A stretch of DNA of 27,960 bases, taken from NCBI GenBank assembly GCA_021813875.1, contig JAKAJF010000001.1, forward strand, positions 1-27,960, written 5' to 3'. Origin of the DNA: a bacterium. Its GTDB lineage: Bacteria > Patescibacteriota > Patescibacteriia > Patescibacteriales > JAKAJF01. Positions 27,256 through 27,960 of the stretch are shown here, one piece after another. The position numbers and the translations under genes are program-made. The notes beneath the pieces were generated by a model. The model was not told the origin of the DNA, ran no database searches, and saw nothing but the letters and a program-made list of their open reading frames with translations. Position 1 is the stretch's first letter. Every line of letters begins with the position of its first letter.

Positions 27256-27360
27256 GTTTCCGTGAATAAAATATTACAAGCAGACGGAATCAGATCAACG
27301 AAGCTCGCGTCTAGGGATATTAACTATCGCGCCCTTAATTCAAGGGGGCGTTTTGTGTTT
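27256..27360 (+). ncRNA. Candidate sRNA or attenuator leader of about 105 nt
   Basis: ORF-free; 5' stem ttccgt/acggaa; ends in a cgcgccctt/aagggggcg hairpin plus ttttgtgtttt. Confidence 0.45.
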
Positions 27361-27500
27361 TATGGCCCTGTTGCCTTTTAAAAATTTTCAATTTGGGGGT
27401 AAATAATTGCGATTCTTTGGATTCCGATTGCGTAGAAAATACAACACTGCAAGAGAAATTCTATATGCTCGAACTGCACAAAGCACCTTTAAATACAAAA

Positions 27501-27562
27501 CAAAACGAGGCTTTGGCCTCGCTTTGTCGCGAACTGCGGTGGCGATGTCCGGAAGTTTGAAC
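27501..27562 (-). other. Fourth hairpin plus tRNA-end-like att junction
   Basis: Hairpin caaaacgaggc/gcctcgctttg, then tgcggtggcg. Minus strand G-TTCAAAC-N15-CCGCA has the same spacing as the junction at 26055. Confidence 0.45.
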
Positions 27563-27707
27563 CGGTATTCGCCTTAAAGGCCTTATCTTATGGCCGTATT
27601 GATAAAATTATACGCCGTTTGAGGTTATTTTACAAGGAAAATCCAGCCTCTTTTGAGGTTCCTGTCTTTGCTCAAAAGGTCTACTAATTGATATTTGCTT
27701 AATTTAG

Positions 27708-27926
27708 CTAAAATTGGTCACCTTTTGTGTCAGATTCCTCAATCAACTTACTTTCCTTGAGGTATCGGCTCACTGCATACCAAGCCGAGTTTATAAGCGG
27801 TATCAACAGTGTCCATCGTGGATCATGCTCTACATAAGCCAAAACGATCGGCAGGATTGATGAGACTCCGGAGTATAGGAAAACGATAGATAGGTGTTTT
27901 AATGCTTCTTTTTGTGGTGTTGTCAT
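27708..27926 (-). CDS. Small 2-TM protein, holin-like
   Basis: 72 aa, two hydrophobic helices and a charged C-terminal tail, at the island edge. Confidence 0.5.
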   Translation of the reverse strand: MTTPQKEALKHLSIVFLYSGVSSILPIVLAYVEHDPRWTLLIPLINSAWYAVSRYLKESKLIEESDTKGDQF

Positions 27927-27960
27927 AGGTTAATAAATTATTTTCTTTCAATAAAAAGTT

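Larger units (their letters stand above)
26055..27960. mobile_element. Left edge of an AT-rich integrated island or prophage at a tRNA-Ser att site
   Basis: Visible GC drop, orphan genes, att-like junctions and a holin-like gene. The integrase and intact tRNA are not in the window. Confidence 0.65.

Noticed and set aside
27541-27600. Fluoride (crcB) riboswitch, suggested by GGCGATG...TTCGCC
   Set aside because: The spacing is too long, the downstream GCTGATG/pseudoknot elements are missing, and there is no fluoride-related gene.

Overview
Mostly housekeeping DNA from a small-genome bacterium. The gene set, the AT-rich starts without Shine-Dalgarno motifs and the conserved hypotheticals look like Patescibacteria/Parcubacteria (CPR); this is inference. 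TGA is used as a stop, so the code is 11. From left to right: pilB/gspE (5'-truncated), a translin/TRAX-like protein, CapA, a YfcE phosphoesterase, inositol monophosphatase, uvrA (-), DedA, DUF2127-like, rmuC, a nucleotidyltransferase-like protein, an O-antigen-ligase-like protein, an M16 peptidase, a hypothetical, a UvrD helicase fused to an Fe-S PD-(D/E)XK nuclease, pheS, two inserted genes, pheT, and several small genes. From about 25.58 kb the window becomes accessory. There is a tandem array of tRNA-Ser 3'-end fragments on the minus strand. Each is preceded by a structured insert of about 140 nt that starts with the reverse complement of the T-loop, and followed by its own 40-nt hairpin. 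Two further att-like junctions of matching geometry bound an AT-rich two-gene cassette, and a holin-like gene marks a probable prophage edge. This array is the most interesting feature. Two small ORFs missed by the ORF track and two ORF-free promoter-to-terminator units (sRNA candidates) were also found. No searches or folding programs were run; all family calls rest on motif recognition.
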